The notes under the pieces: generated by a model
Seen by the model: only the letters and a program-made list of their open reading frames with translations
What the model was told of the DNA's origin: nothing
Database searches by the model: none
Position numbers and translations under genes: made by a program
Assembly: GCA_963664295.1 (NCBI GenBank)
Contig: OY760935.1
Coordinates: 896,001-960,000, forward strand
DNA length: 64,000 nucleotides
From: Candidatus Altimarinota bacterium
GTDB lineage: Bacteria; Patescibacteriota; Gracilibacteria; CAIRYL01; GCA-016699755
Reading direction: 5' to 3'
Shown: positions 1 through 9,705 of the stretch, piece after piece
How the letters are laid out: each line of letters begins with the position of its first letter
How positions within the stretch are numbered: the first letter of the stretch is position 1

Positions 1-312
1 AAGCTAAAAAGAGGTGCTCCACAAAAAAGAGGAGTATGTGTGAAAGTAAGAACAATGACACCAAAAAAACCTAACTCTGCCTTGCGTAAAATCGCTCGTG
101 TCCGCCTAACAAACGGCATGGAAGTAAACGCATATATACCAGGTGAAGGCCACAATCTTCAGGAACACAGCGTGGTCATCATCCGTGGAGGAAGAGTAAA
201 AGATCTCCCAGGTGTGAGATATCACGTTGTGCGTGGTGCTCTCGACACAGAAGGTGTAAAAGACAGAAAAAGAGGTCGCTCACTTTATGGCTCTAAAAAG
301 CCAAAATCATAA
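1..312 (+). CDS. rpsL: 30S ribosomal protein S12 (5' end outside window)
   Basis: Frame open from base 1 ([30 protein letters not shown]...[12 protein letters not shown]), all hallmark S12 motifs. Confidence 0.99.
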   Translation, partial: KLKRGAPQKRGVCVKVRTMTPKKPNSALRKIARVRLTNGMEVNAYIPGEGHNLQEHSVVIIRGGRVKDLPGVRYHVVRGALDTEGVKDRKRGRSLYGSKKPKS

Positions 313-338
313 TAAAGAATATTTAATTATCTACTTAT

Positions 339-794
339 ATGGCACAAAAAAAAGCAAATTTTATTCCATCAAACTCAAATCCTTTACAGGAAAAGTTTAT
401 AAATTGCGTCATGCTAGACGGCAAAAAGTCTGTTGCTCGCAAAATTTTTAATGATATGTTGGAGGAAATTAAAAGCAAAGGTCACAAAAAACCTGCTGAA
501 ACATTTGAAAGAGCTATAAAAAATGTAATGCCACAAATCGAAGTAAGACCAAAAAGAGTTGGTGGTGCTATTTATCAAGTACCTGTTGAAGTTAAACCAC
601 ACAGACAACAAACATTAGCTATAAGATGGATATTGGCCGCCACTCGTGGTAAAAAAGGTTCACCAATGTATAAAAAACTGGCTACTGAAATATTAGCCGC
701 AGCCAATGAAGAAGGAGGAGCCTTCAAAAAGCGAGATGACGTTCACAAAATGGCAAAAGCCAACAGAGCATTTGCACATTTCGCCAGGTTTTAA
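339..794 (+). CDS. rpsG: 30S ribosomal protein S7
   Basis: KFINCVMLDGKKS, RVGGAIYQVPVEV, HKMAKANRAFAHF; follows rpsL. Confidence 0.98.
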   Translation: MAQKKANFIPSNSNPLQEKFINCVMLDGKKSVARKIFNDMLEEIKSKGHKKPAETFERAIKNVMPQIEVRPKRVGGAIYQVPVEVKPHRQQTLAIRWILAATRGKKGSPMYKKLATEILAAANEEGGAFKKRDDVHKMAKANRAFAHFARF

Positions 795-797
795 TAT

Positions 798-826
798 AAT
801 TCCAGCCAGAGGCTGGAATTTTTTTT
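798..826 (+). terminator. Rho-independent terminator after rpsG
   Basis: AATTCCAGCC-AGA-GGCTGGAATT stem followed by a T-run. Confidence 0.85.
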
Positions 827-844
827 AACTTTTTTTAAAGAACC

Positions 845-1162
845 ATGGCAAAAACATTTACAGATGACAACTTTCAAGAAGAGGTGCTTAATTCAGATAT
901 TCCTGTTCTTGTTGATTTTTGGGCAGTTTGGTGCGGTCCTTGCCAAATGATGGGTCCTGTTATTGAAAAACTTGCCGAAGAAATGGAAGGCAAGGTTAAA
1001 ATTGGCAAACTAAATGTCGAAGATAGCCCAAATACAGCTACAAAATACGGAATTATGAGCATACCTGCTTTTAAGGTTTTTAAGAACGGTGAGGTGACTC
1101 ACGAGTTTGTTGGCGCTATGAGCGCAGAGGAACTAAAAAATAAACTAGAAGCAGTGCTCTAA
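845..1162 (+). CDS. trxA: Thioredoxin
   Basis: VLVDFWAVWCGPC active site, SIP cis-Pro motif, 105 aa. Confidence 0.97.
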   Translation: MAKTFTDDNFQEEVLNSDIPVLVDFWAVWCGPCQMMGPVIEKLAEEMEGKVKIGKLNVEDSPNTATKYGIMSIPAFKVFKNGEVTHEFVGAMSAEELKNKLEAVL

Positions 1163-1170
1163 AAAAATCC

Positions 1171-1575
1171 TTACAAACTATCCAAAGCCTGATTAGCAAG
1201 CATATCCGCAGTTTTATTAAACTCCCTGCGAACATGTTGATATTTTACAGACTTAAAATCAGCTTCTTTTGAGCGTACCTGATTTAATAAATCCCAAATA
1301 TGCGGGGCTTTTACTTTCCACTCCCCTGTTAATTGTTTTACTAAAAGTTGTGAATCAGAAAAAATATTAACTTCTTTGTTAGTATATTTTTTTGCTAAAT
1401 CTAAGGCAACAATAACAGCCTGATACTCAGCAATATTATTAGTTTTTGTGCCTATATATTCTTGATATCTCTCAAGTTCATTGCCTTCTTGATTGCAAAT
1501 AAAAACACCCACAGAAGATGCTCCAGGATTACCCCTGCAAGCACCATCTGTGTATATATTTACAATATCTTCCAT
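1171..1575 (-). CDS. rnhA: Ribonuclease HI (short, archaeal/actinobacterial-type)
   Basis: YTDGACRGNPG, TNNIAEY, SDSQL, HVRREFNKTADMLAN. Confidence 0.95.
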   Translation of the reverse strand: MEDIVNIYTDGACRGNPGASSVGVFICNQEGNELERYQEYIGTKTNNIAEYQAVIVALDLAKKYTNKEVNIFSDSQLLVKQLTGEWKVKAPHIWDLLNQVRSKEADFKSVKYQHVRREFNKTADMLANQALDSL

Positions 1576-1577
1576 AT

Positions 1578-3707
1578 TTATTTAACCTTAGCAAAAAGGT
1601 CTATTTTACGAGAGATTTTTTTACCAATAAAAACAGCAAGCAATGTTCTGGTGACTGTAATTGCAGTAAACATGGAAATAACAATACCAAGTGCCAATGT
1701 CACTGCAAAACCTTTAATCATCAAAGTCCCAAAGAAAAACAAAATAAGACAAGTAATTAAAGAAGAAATATTGGAATCACGAATAGAAGTCCAAGCTCTT
1801 TCAAAGCCAATAGAAATAGCAGATGAAAAATTCTTCCCATCTCTTAATTCTTCTTTAATTCTTTCAAAAATCAAAATATTTGCGTCAACAGCCATGCCAA
1901 TAGAAAGCACAATACCCGCTACACCTGCCAAAGTCAGCACAATATTAGAAGTTAAAACAATATAAGTAAAAATAGCTAAAAACACAGAAATAAACATAGA
2001 AACAAATTCATTTTTTTCAAAATTACCAAAAGACATAAAGGCAATCGTGCCAACCAATAAAGCAATAAATAATGCTAATAAGGCTGATGGATTTACACTA
2101 ATAACAAAGAAAATCGCAGTAGTATAAACAGATAAAGCCAAAACAGCAATAAGACCTAAAAGCCTATAAGCAAAAATCATCCACAGAGCCAAAATAGCAA
2201 GCCCGATAATACCAGCTTTCACAGAGGCCTCTAAAGCATCTTCGCCTAAACTTGCCTTTAATCTATATTCACCGTCCAAAATAGGAGCGGCCGCAATAGC
2301 GCCTGCCTCTAGCTCATTTTTAAGATTGATTGCCCATTTTTTTGCCTCTAAATAGTTGGTTTCACCGCTACTAATTACAGCAGCACCACCAGTAATAACT
2401 TCATTGATAGTAGGAGCAGAAATAAGTTCACCGCCAACAAAAATTGCTAATGGCTTACCCACATTTCTTCTGGAGATTTCTTCGAATAATTTACCTCCTT
2501 TTCTGTCAAATTGTATAGAAACAACAGAAATACCAGTATTAGGATCAGTGCTAACTTTTGCGCTATGAAAATATTGACCATCAAGTCCAGTACTTTTCCA
2601 AGGATCAAAATTATTAGCACTAAAAAATAATTCATCATAATATAATTTTTCTTCTTGCTTAGTTTCTGTCTTTTTTTGCAGTCTTTCATATGCTGTATCA
2701 ATTTTTTCTTTTGCATTTTCTGTTGTCTTAGCAACAAAAATCTCTTTTACTCCCAAAACTAAATCTTCTTCCTCTTTTGGAAGAATTTTATAAACATGAT
2801 AACCCTCTTCACTTTCTAAAACTTCAGACAAGTCGCCTTCTGCAAGCTCTAAAACTTGACCTTGAATATCTTCAGGCACATCAACAACAAGCTGTTTTTC
2901 GTCGCCTTTTTCAGAAACTTCCGATCGAACAAGATCAAAATCTTCACCAGGTATCTTAATTTCTCTGTCCTCAACTTTTTTCTCTTTAATTTTTACAATT
3001 GAATAACCCTCAATTGGCACAAGAGAGCTTCCTGTCGCCATATAACCCTGATCAAGCTCCAAAACCTGCTCAATCACAACACCAGCTTCTGCGCCCCATA
3101 GTAACTCCGCATTTTCTTGGTCTAGCTGATCCTGAAAATATGATCTTTCTTTTAGGCTAGCTTGAGAGTTGCTGGCTGTAGTTTCTGCAACCACGGCATC
3201 AAAATCACCATCTTTGATTTTTACCAAAACTGCATCAGCATCAGCTTTTACGCTTTCTTTGTCAGCTTCGTCTGCTTCTTCTTTTAATTCTTTAAATTCT
3301 AAATCAACAATTTTTTGCAAATTTTCTCGAGTTTCCTCAGAGTCTAAATCAGCAGTAATATCAACTAAAATATGTTTTTCGTCACCAAAATTAGAAGTTT
3401 GAATACTTAATTCTTTTGTGCCACTCGGATCAGCACGCTGAGCAAGTTTTGATGCCACCTTTTCAACAATTCCATTAAGTTCTGTCTCTGTTTTTCTTTG
3501 GGCTTTAGCGCGATCAAGATCAACTTTAAAATCCAGCTGAATTCCTCCAGCAAGATCAAGACCAAGATCAATATCTTGAGCCAAAAGGTGATTGCGTAGC
3601 TTTTCGCCAGGCACTTTTTCTTTCCAAGAACCAGGCATAGCATAAGCTCCCATTACCAATGTAAAAACAAGAATAAAAACAATCTTTAAGCTAATTAATT
3701 TTTTCAT
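1578..3707 (-). CDS. secD: Protein translocase subunit SecD with inserted parvulin-like domains
   Basis: LGLDLAGG, GKPLAIFVGG...SAPTINE, ASLGEDAL, SIGMAVDANILIFERIKEE, KGFAVTL. Confidence 0.95.
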   Translation of the reverse strand: MKKLISLKIVFILVFTLVMGAYAMPGSWKEKVPGEKLRNHLLAQDIDLGLDLAGGIQLDFKVDLDRAKAQRKTETELNGIVEKVASKLAQRADPSGTKELSIQTSNFGDEKHILVDITADLDSEETRENLQKIVDLEFKELKEEADEADKESVKADADAVLVKIKDGDFDAVVAETTASNSQASLKERSYFQDQLDQENAELLWGAEAGVVIEQVLELDQGYMATGSSLVPIEGYSIVKIKEKKVEDREIKIPGEDFDLVRSEVSEKGDEKQLVVDVPEDIQGQVLELAEGDLSEVLESEEGYHVYKILPKEEEDLVLGVKEIFVAKTTENAKEKIDTAYERLQKKTETKQEEKLYYDELFFSANNFDPWKSTGLDGQYFHSAKVSTDPNTGISVVSIQFDRKGGKLFEEISRRNVGKPLAIFVGGELISAPTINEVITGGAAVISSGETNYLEAKKWAINLKNELEAGAIAAAPILDGEYRLKASLGEDALEASVKAGIIGLAILALWMIFAYRLLGLIAVLALSVYTTAIFFVISVNPSALLALFIALLVGTIAFMSFGNFEKNEFVSMFISVFLAIFTYIVLTSNIVLTLAGVAGIVLSIGMAVDANILIFERIKEELRDGKNFSSAISIGFERAWTSIRDSNISSLITCLILFFFGTLMIKGFAVTLALGIVISMFTAITVTRTLLAVFIGKKISRKIDLFAKVK

Positions 3708-3843
3708 TTGTCCAAAAAATTTTACCTACAGAGTATTGCACTTTTAGCTCTGCTTTGCAACTAAACTTCCTTTTTTCTTAGCTTTTTTGTTGCCTTTTAT
3801 TTTTTCTGTCGTTTTATATAATGAAAGGGCAATAAAAACTTAA

Positions 3844-4398
3844 ATGAGCCCTGAAGAAAAAATTATTCAAAACTGTCAAAATGGCGATCTGGAGCAATTT
3901 TCCAAGCTCTACGATAAATACATAAAAAAAATCTATAATTTTATTTATTTCAAAACACACCATCAAGAAACAGCTGAAGACTTAACAAGCACAACTTTCC
4001 TAAAAGCATTAGAGAACATCAATAAATACAATCCAAAAAAAGGCTCATTTACATCATGGATTTATCAAATAGCACGCAATAATGTAATTGATTTTTATCG
4101 CTCACAAAAAATAACAACTGATATTGAAGATGCCTTTGATTTAAGCGACAAAATCGATATTGCAACTGATACAGATACAAACTTAAAGCTTCAAAAAGTT
4201 AAAAAGTATCTCAAAAAATTAAATTCCACAGAAAGAGAAGTTGTTGTTTTGAAGCTTTGGCAAGACTTATCTCACAAAGAAATTGCAAAAATCATTGGTA
4301 AAAATGAAAAAAATTCAAAAGTAATTCTTTCTCGTGCACTTAAAAAAATCCGAAAAAATGTTTTAATTTCCCTTCTTTTAGTGTTTTTTAGCTCATGA
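3844..4398 (+). CDS. ECF-family RNA polymerase sigma factor
   Basis: AEDLTSTTFLKA, FTSWIYQIARN (region 2), LSHKEIAKIIG (region 4); TGA overlaps next ATG. Confidence 0.93.
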   Translation: MSPEEKIIQNCQNGDLEQFSKLYDKYIKKIYNFIYFKTHHQETAEDLTSTTFLKALENINKYNPKKGSFTSWIYQIARNNVIDFYRSQKITTDIEDAFDLSDKIDIATDTDTNLKLQKVKKYLKKLNSTEREVVVLKLWQDLSHKEIAKIIGKNEKNSKVILSRALKKIRKNVLISLLLVFFSS

Positions 4399-5843
4399 AC
4401 GATAAAATCAAAAAAACCCTGGCAGAAATTTACACTCTTAATCCAGAGCTTAAAAAACATGAAAAAGATTTACTAAAAATAATCAAAGAATTCACTAAAA
4501 ATAAACCAAAAACCAAGTTCACCAAAAAATTTCAAGAAGAATTAAAAGAGCAAATAGAACAAAAAGTCCTTGAAATTAAAGAAAAAAAGGATAACAAAGC
4601 AACATTTAGCCAAATTTTATTTAAAATATTAGCACCAATCACCTACACAGCAGTAGGAGTTGTGCTCACAATTGGAATTTGCCCTTATTTTGACCAAAAA
4701 ACAGAACCAATAAAAGAAACAGAAGCTCAAAAAGAAGAAAAAGTGGAAGCTTTTTCTCGCTCAATAAATATAGAAACAGAAGAATTTGATGACATTGCAT
4801 ATGACGAAACAGAAGTAATCCCAGAAATGGCTGGTTTTGGCGATGGCGGACTGGGTTCAGGTTTTGAAAACTTTAATTTAGTTAGCAACAAAACAAATTC
4901 AGACACCATAGAACCAGCAATGTACCAAGCAAAAGAAATAAAATATACATATAACGAAGACGATATATGGTTACCAAAAGATCCAAATCAAAATATATAT
5001 ATAACAAAAAGTAAATTATCTACAAATTCACCTATTTTAAATATTTTTGCAGATATTCCAGAAATTAATCTTAGTAAATTTACAAACACAACAATTCGTC
5101 ACCTTAGCCTAGCGCAAAATAATCAAAAATTTGGCTATATTATCTCTCTTGATTTTAATTCAGGCATTATTTCTATCAATGAAGATTATGAAAACTGGCC
5201 AAATCCCTTTATAGACTGCGAAGATGAATATTGCTACAAATCTTTACAATTAAAAAAATCAGATATGCCCTCAGAAAGCGAAATAATCACAATTGCTAAT
5301 CAATTTATTAGTGATTATCAAATTGATTTAAATAATTATGGCGAGCCAATTATTGATAACAGCTGGAAGACATATCGCGAAGATTATGCACCGGAAACAA
5401 TCAATATAATTTATCCATTACTAATAAACAACCACTATGTCTATCACCAAAATGGTGCTAATATTGGCATTCAAATAACCATCAATGTACGCTACAAAAA
5501 AGTAGCCTCTGTCTATGGCATAAGAATTGTAAATTTTGATATATACACAAGCAAAAGAGCTGAAAACGCACTAGAGAAAGTGGCAAATGCGCTAAAAAAC
5601 AAAAGAAATAATTATATTGATCCTTATTTGTCTCAAGAAAATATAATAACTGAAGAAGTTGAATTAGTTTCACCAGAATTTTGCTATGTTCTATACAATA
5701 ACTATGAAACACAAAATGAAATTTTTATCCCTGCTATTGCATTCACAGTAAAAAACAAAAAAAACTATATAGATAATAACAAAATTATTGCACCACTTTT
5801 TGAAAATAAAGAAATAATTAACAAAAAAACACTTAAAAACTAG
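4395..5843 (+). CDS. Probable anti-sigma factor, single-pass membrane protein with large extracellular domain
   Basis: ATGA overlap with ECF sigma; ~75-aa N-terminal domain, one TM helix, large C-terminal region. Confidence 0.6.
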   Translation: MNDKIKKTLAEIYTLNPELKKHEKDLLKIIKEFTKNKPKTKFTKKFQEELKEQIEQKVLEIKEKKDNKATFSQILFKILAPITYTAVGVVLTIGICPYFDQKTEPIKETEAQKEEKVEAFSRSINIETEEFDDIAYDETEVIPEMAGFGDGGLGSGFENFNLVSNKTNSDTIEPAMYQAKEIKYTYNEDDIWLPKDPNQNIYITKSKLSTNSPILNIFADIPEINLSKFTNTTIRHLSLAQNNQKFGYIISLDFNSGIISINEDYENWPNPFIDCEDEYCYKSLQLKKSDMPSESEIITIANQFISDYQIDLNNYGEPIIDNSWKTYREDYAPETINIIYPLLINNHYVYHQNGANIGIQITINVRYKKVASVYGIRIVNFDIYTSKRAENALEKVANALKNKRNNYIDPYLSQENIITEEVELVSPEFCYVLYNNYETQNEIFIPAIAFTVKNKKNYIDNNKIIAPLFENKEIINKKTLKN

Positions 5844-5890
5844 CAATTATTTCTAATTAGGGTATATTTCTTATAGTTTTTTAAAAAAAT

Positions 5891-6232
5891 ATGAGTAAAA
5901 AAATCTTTACCCTGGCATTATCTTTAATGCTTGTTGTTTCACTGTCTGCCTGTGGAGCAAAAACAGACAAAGAGCGTTTTAGAGACGCAACTGTAGAAAT
6001 TGCTTGTGATGTTATCAAGCCAAGCTTGGAAAATCTAGAAGCAATGGCTGACCCAGCAAAACTTCAAGAAATTGAAGAAAAAACTCTAGAAATCCTCAAA
6101 AAACATGGCTTTGAAAACCAAGAGGAATATGAACAATTAGGTGAACAATTTGAAACTGACGCAGAATTTAAAAAAGAAGTAGAAGATGCTGCAACAGCAA
6201 AATGTGGCTCACTTGACCCAAGTGCAGAATAA
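5891..6232 (+). CDS. Small lipoprotein of unknown function
   Basis: Signal peptide ending in lipobox LSAC. Confidence 0.75.
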   Translation: MSKKIFTLALSLMLVVSLSACGAKTDKERFRDATVEIACDVIKPSLENLEAMADPAKLQEIEEKTLEILKKHGFENQEEYEQLGEQFETDAEFKKEVEDAATAKCGSLDPSAE

Positions 6233-6239
6233 AAAATCA

Positions 6240-6275
6240 TCAAGGGCTAGAGACTGCTTAGTGCCTAGCCCTTGA
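6240..6275. terminator. Stem-loop after lipoprotein gene (terminator-like)
   Basis: TCAAGGGCTAG / CTAGCCCTTGA 11-bp inverted repeat; no clear U-tract on + strand. Confidence 0.5.
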
Positions 6276-6306
6276 CTAAAAATAAGTTCATACAATGTTC
6301 ATTTTT

Positions 6307-6334
6307 TTGACAAAAAATTTTAATTCTCTATTAT
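6307..6334 (+). promoter_or_regulatory. Sigma70-type promoter for the RSH/PAS operon
   Basis: TTGACA-N16-TATTAT ending 18 nt before ATG 6353. Confidence 0.6.
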
Positions 6335-6352
6335 TTAGGTTATCCCTAAATA

Positions 6353-7282
6353 ATGCTAAATTTATTAAAAAACATTTGTGGCAAAAGTCAAATAAACAAG
6401 TGTGAAGAACTTGTTGAAGAATATCTAAGGTTAAAAAAAATAAAAAACCCTATATTGCCAAAAGAAATTATTGAATATTACTCTTTATTTACAAAGAGTA
6501 AGTATTCTTTGGTGACTGCTTTAATATACAACCCTTTAGAAAAAATAAATAAAAATGATTTAAAAAAAATTAAAGAAATTTTTGAAGAACCAGTTTATAA
6601 AAATGTTTTATTGCTAGACTCTCTGCACAAGCAAAAAAATATAAACACTGACAATGTTGATATATTAGCTTTATTTTTGATTGGCTATAAATTTATTTTG
6701 GAAAACAACAAAAAAATTAGCCAAAAAGAAGCTAAATATGCTTTAAAAATACTTGAAAGTACAGATATTTTTAAATTACGTGAGGAACTAGAAGATCAAT
6801 TCTTCTCCATTATTGAACCAGAGATTTTTCAAAAATATGAAGATATTTTATATATAAACAATAGTGCTTATAAAAAATATGAAAACAAAGTTGGTAAAAT
6901 ATTACAAAAAACCATAAAAAACGCAGGTATTAAAGCAAAATTTGAATCAAGAATTAAAACTATCTACAGTACACATCAAAAAATAATCAATAAAAATATA
7001 TTCCTGTCTCAGGTTTTAGATTTAATTGGCTTTCGCGTTATTGTAAAAAACATAAGTGATTGCTATCGAATTATGGAAATTATTCTTTCGCTCGTACCAA
7101 TATTAAACAGTAAAATAAAAGATTACATAGCTCTTCCAAAAGAAAATGGTTATCAAAGTATACATTTAATAGCCCTTTTTGATGATCACCCTGTAGAAAT
7201 ACAAATTAGAACAAACAAAATGCACCACCATGCTCAATACGGCAATGCTGCGCATCGTTTTTACAAAAATTATGAAAAATAA
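6353..7282 (+). CDS. RelA/SpoT-family (p)ppGpp synthetase, N-terminal module only, degenerate HD domain
   Basis: ESRIKTIYS, DLIGFRV, KDYIALPKENGYQSIH, VEIQIRT, AAHRFYK; ends right after the SYNTH domain. Confidence 0.9.
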   Translation: MLNLLKNICGKSQINKCEELVEEYLRLKKIKNPILPKEIIEYYSLFTKSKYSLVTALIYNPLEKINKNDLKKIKEIFEEPVYKNVLLLDSLHKQKNINTDNVDILALFLIGYKFILENNKKISQKEAKYALKILESTDIFKLREELEDQFFSIIEPEIFQKYEDILYINNSAYKKYENKVGKILQKTIKNAGIKAKFESRIKTIYSTHQKIINKNIFLSQVLDLIGFRVIVKNISDCYRIMEIILSLVPILNSKIKDYIALPKENGYQSIHLIALFDDHPVEIQIRTNKMHHHAQYGNAAHRFYKNYEK

Positions 7283-9641
7283 CGATTGGCCACTGCAGGA
7301 AAAAAACTTCAAAGATCTTGTACAAAAAGTGCAAGAGGGTATTTTAATGGTCTCTGGTGATGGTGACTTAATTTATGTAAATCCCTATGCTATAAAAATG
7401 CTAGGCTATAAAAAAAATGAAATAATTAAAAAAAATGCTTGGGATGTAATTTACCCCAATGAAGTTCAAAAAATTAAAAATATTTACAATAGAAGAATTG
7501 AGGGTAAATCAGCACCAAGAAGATATGAAACAATTTTAAAGAAAAAAGATAAAAGCAAACTCTATGTAGAATTTAATGTTATTTTAACTTCATGGGAAAA
7601 TAAAAAAGTGAGCTTAGTTGTTTTTCGCGATATTAGTCAACAAAAAGAAGCAGAAAAAAAAGCAAAAAAAACCACAAAATTTCCACAAGAAAATCCTTTT
7701 CCTGTTATGGAAGTAGCAAAAGACGGCGTGGTTCTTTATGCAAATAGCGTAAGTAAGCCTATTTTGAAAAAATGGAAAACAAAAATGGGTAGTCCTTTAC
7801 CAGAAGAGTGGATAAAAAAAATAAAAAAAATTATTAAAAATAAAAAAAGTGAAGATTTTGAAATTGAAGCGGGAAAATCAACATTTGCCTTAACTTTTAG
7901 CCCTGTTGATAAAGAAAAAATAAATATTTATGGTGCAAATATTACAAAAAGTAAAAACACTGAAAAAACACTAAAAAATACTCTTAAAAAGCTTTCTTCA
8001 TATATCAAAAATATGCCTTTGGGCTATATTGAGTGGGATAAAAATCTAAATATTATTGATTGGAATCCGACAGCAGAAAAAATTTTTAAATATAAAAAAA
8101 CAGAAATAATCAATAAAAATTCATATAATTTACTGTTTCCAGAAAAAAACAAAGATTATGCATATAATTTTTTTAATGCAATTGTTGAGAATAAAAAATC
8201 TAATTCATTCACAGTGGATTGCATCAACAAAGCTGATAAAAATATTTTATGTCAATGGTTCAACACCCCACTAATTGAAAATAATAAAGTTATTGGCATA
8301 ACCTCAATTGTTAGGGATATCACCGAACATAAACAAAAAGAAGAACAATTAAAAGTTCTGTCTTCTGCTATTAAACAAACTGATGAAGGCGTAGTTATTG
8401 TAGATATTGATAACAATGTACTCTTTGCAAATCAGTCTTTTTTGGATATGCATGGGTATCAATCTAAAGAAATCATAAATAAGCATGTGGATATTTTTTA
8501 TCCCCCAATGAACACCAAAGATATTCGCAGAGTAAATAAATTGATTATGAAAAATGGACATTTTTATGAAGAAGCAATAGCTAAACATAAAAATGGAAAA
8601 TTTTTTCCAATTTCGCTCAATATAACACTTTTTTATAATGAAATTGGAACTCCTGTTGGAAAAATAGCAACAATTCGAGATATTACAAAAGAAAAAAAGG
8701 CTAAAGAAGAAAGAAAAGAAAGCGCATTAAAAATAAAAAAATCTAAACAACAATGGGAAAAAACAGTAAATAGTCTTCCTCATGTTATTTTATTGGTTAA
8801 TAAAAACGGTGAAATTTTACAAGCAAATAATGTTCCTGAAAAATGGAACTTGGTAAAAAAGAAAAATATTAAAAGAATGAAAGTTGAAAATGTTTTATGT
8901 CCCAAGGGAAAATGTGATTGTAATGCAAAAAAAATCTGGCTTCAAAAATGGGAAAAGCTAAAAAAAGGCGAAATAATTGATTTTAAAATAGATCACCCAT
9001 ACCTTAAAAAAACTCTTTATTTACAAGCACAGCCTATTGCAGATCACAAGAAATTAGCTAAAGACGACGACTTTGCTGTTGTGGCAATATACGACATAAC
9101 AAAAGAAGAAATGGCTAATAAAAAAATCTTTGATCTCTATAAACATCTTGGTCTTATCAACCGTCGTATATCAATAATTACAGATCTTAATAAGGATGGT
9201 CTTACAAAAGACGAAAAAGAAATTCTTCATAAAATCATTAAATCTGCAAAAGATATTTCACAGGCCGATGCTTGTTTGCTTTATAAATACAACAAACAAG
9301 ATCACCAGCTTTCTTTCTTAATGTCTAGTCGCAAAGTCGTTAATCCAAAACAATTTGAGTTAATTAAAACAGTAAAAATTGATGATTACCCTTCATTAAA
9401 CGAATTATTTACAAAAAAACAAAGAATTCAAGGTTTAAGCAAGGATTATAAAATAGCCAAGCTTGACTTAGAAAATAAAGCAAAAGCTTTTGTTTTATTT
9501 CCCATAATGCAAAAATCTGAGATAGTTGGGGTGCTTTTTCTTGGCTTTAAAAATAAGGATCAAATAACAACTCAAGATTTAAGTTTTTATAACCTTTTTG
9601 TTAATCAAATTAGTTTCTTGCTAGACATGCGATTAAATTAA
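7272..9641 (+). CDS. Multi-PAS plus C-terminal GAF sensor protein with no output domain
   Basis: PAS signatures (IYVNPYAIKMLGY, LYAN, DWNPTAEKIFKY, LFANQSFLDMHGY, ILQANN; RDIS/RDIT/YDIT closers) and a GAF-like end (FPIMQKSEIVGVLFLG). Likely start ATG 7272 overlaps the upstream stop. Confidence 0.85.
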   Translation: MKNNDWPLQEKNFKDLVQKVQEGILMVSGDGDLIYVNPYAIKMLGYKKNEIIKKNAWDVIYPNEVQKIKNIYNRRIEGKSAPRRYETILKKKDKSKLYVEFNVILTSWENKKVSLVVFRDISQQKEAEKKAKKTTKFPQENPFPVMEVAKDGVVLYANSVSKPILKKWKTKMGSPLPEEWIKKIKKIIKNKKSEDFEIEAGKSTFALTFSPVDKEKINIYGANITKSKNTEKTLKNTLKKLSSYIKNMPLGYIEWDKNLNIIDWNPTAEKIFKYKKTEIINKNSYNLLFPEKNKDYAYNFFNAIVENKKSNSFTVDCINKADKNILCQWFNTPLIENNKVIGITSIVRDITEHKQKEEQLKVLSSAIKQTDEGVVIVDIDNNVLFANQSFLDMHGYQSKEIINKHVDIFYPPMNTKDIRRVNKLIMKNGHFYEEAIAKHKNGKFFPISLNITLFYNEIGTPVGKIATIRDITKEKKAKEERKESALKIKKSKQQWEKTVNSLPHVILLVNKNGEILQANNVPEKWNLVKKKNIKRMKVENVLCPKGKCDCNAKKIWLQKWEKLKKGEIIDFKIDHPYLKKTLYLQAQPIADHKKLAKDDDFAVVAIYDITKEEMANKKIFDLYKHLGLINRRISIITDLNKDGLTKDEKEILHKIIKSAKDISQADACLLYKYNKQDHQLSFLMSSRKVVNPKQFELIKTVKIDDYPSLNELFTKKQRIQGLSKDYKIAKLDLENKAKAFVLFPIMQKSEIVGVLFLGFKNKDQITTQDLSFYNLFVNQISFLLDMRLN

Positions 9642-9705
9642 GTTAAACATATTATTGTAATAAATCTATAATTTAATACGCAAAAAATCTCAAAATGTTA
9701 CAAAA

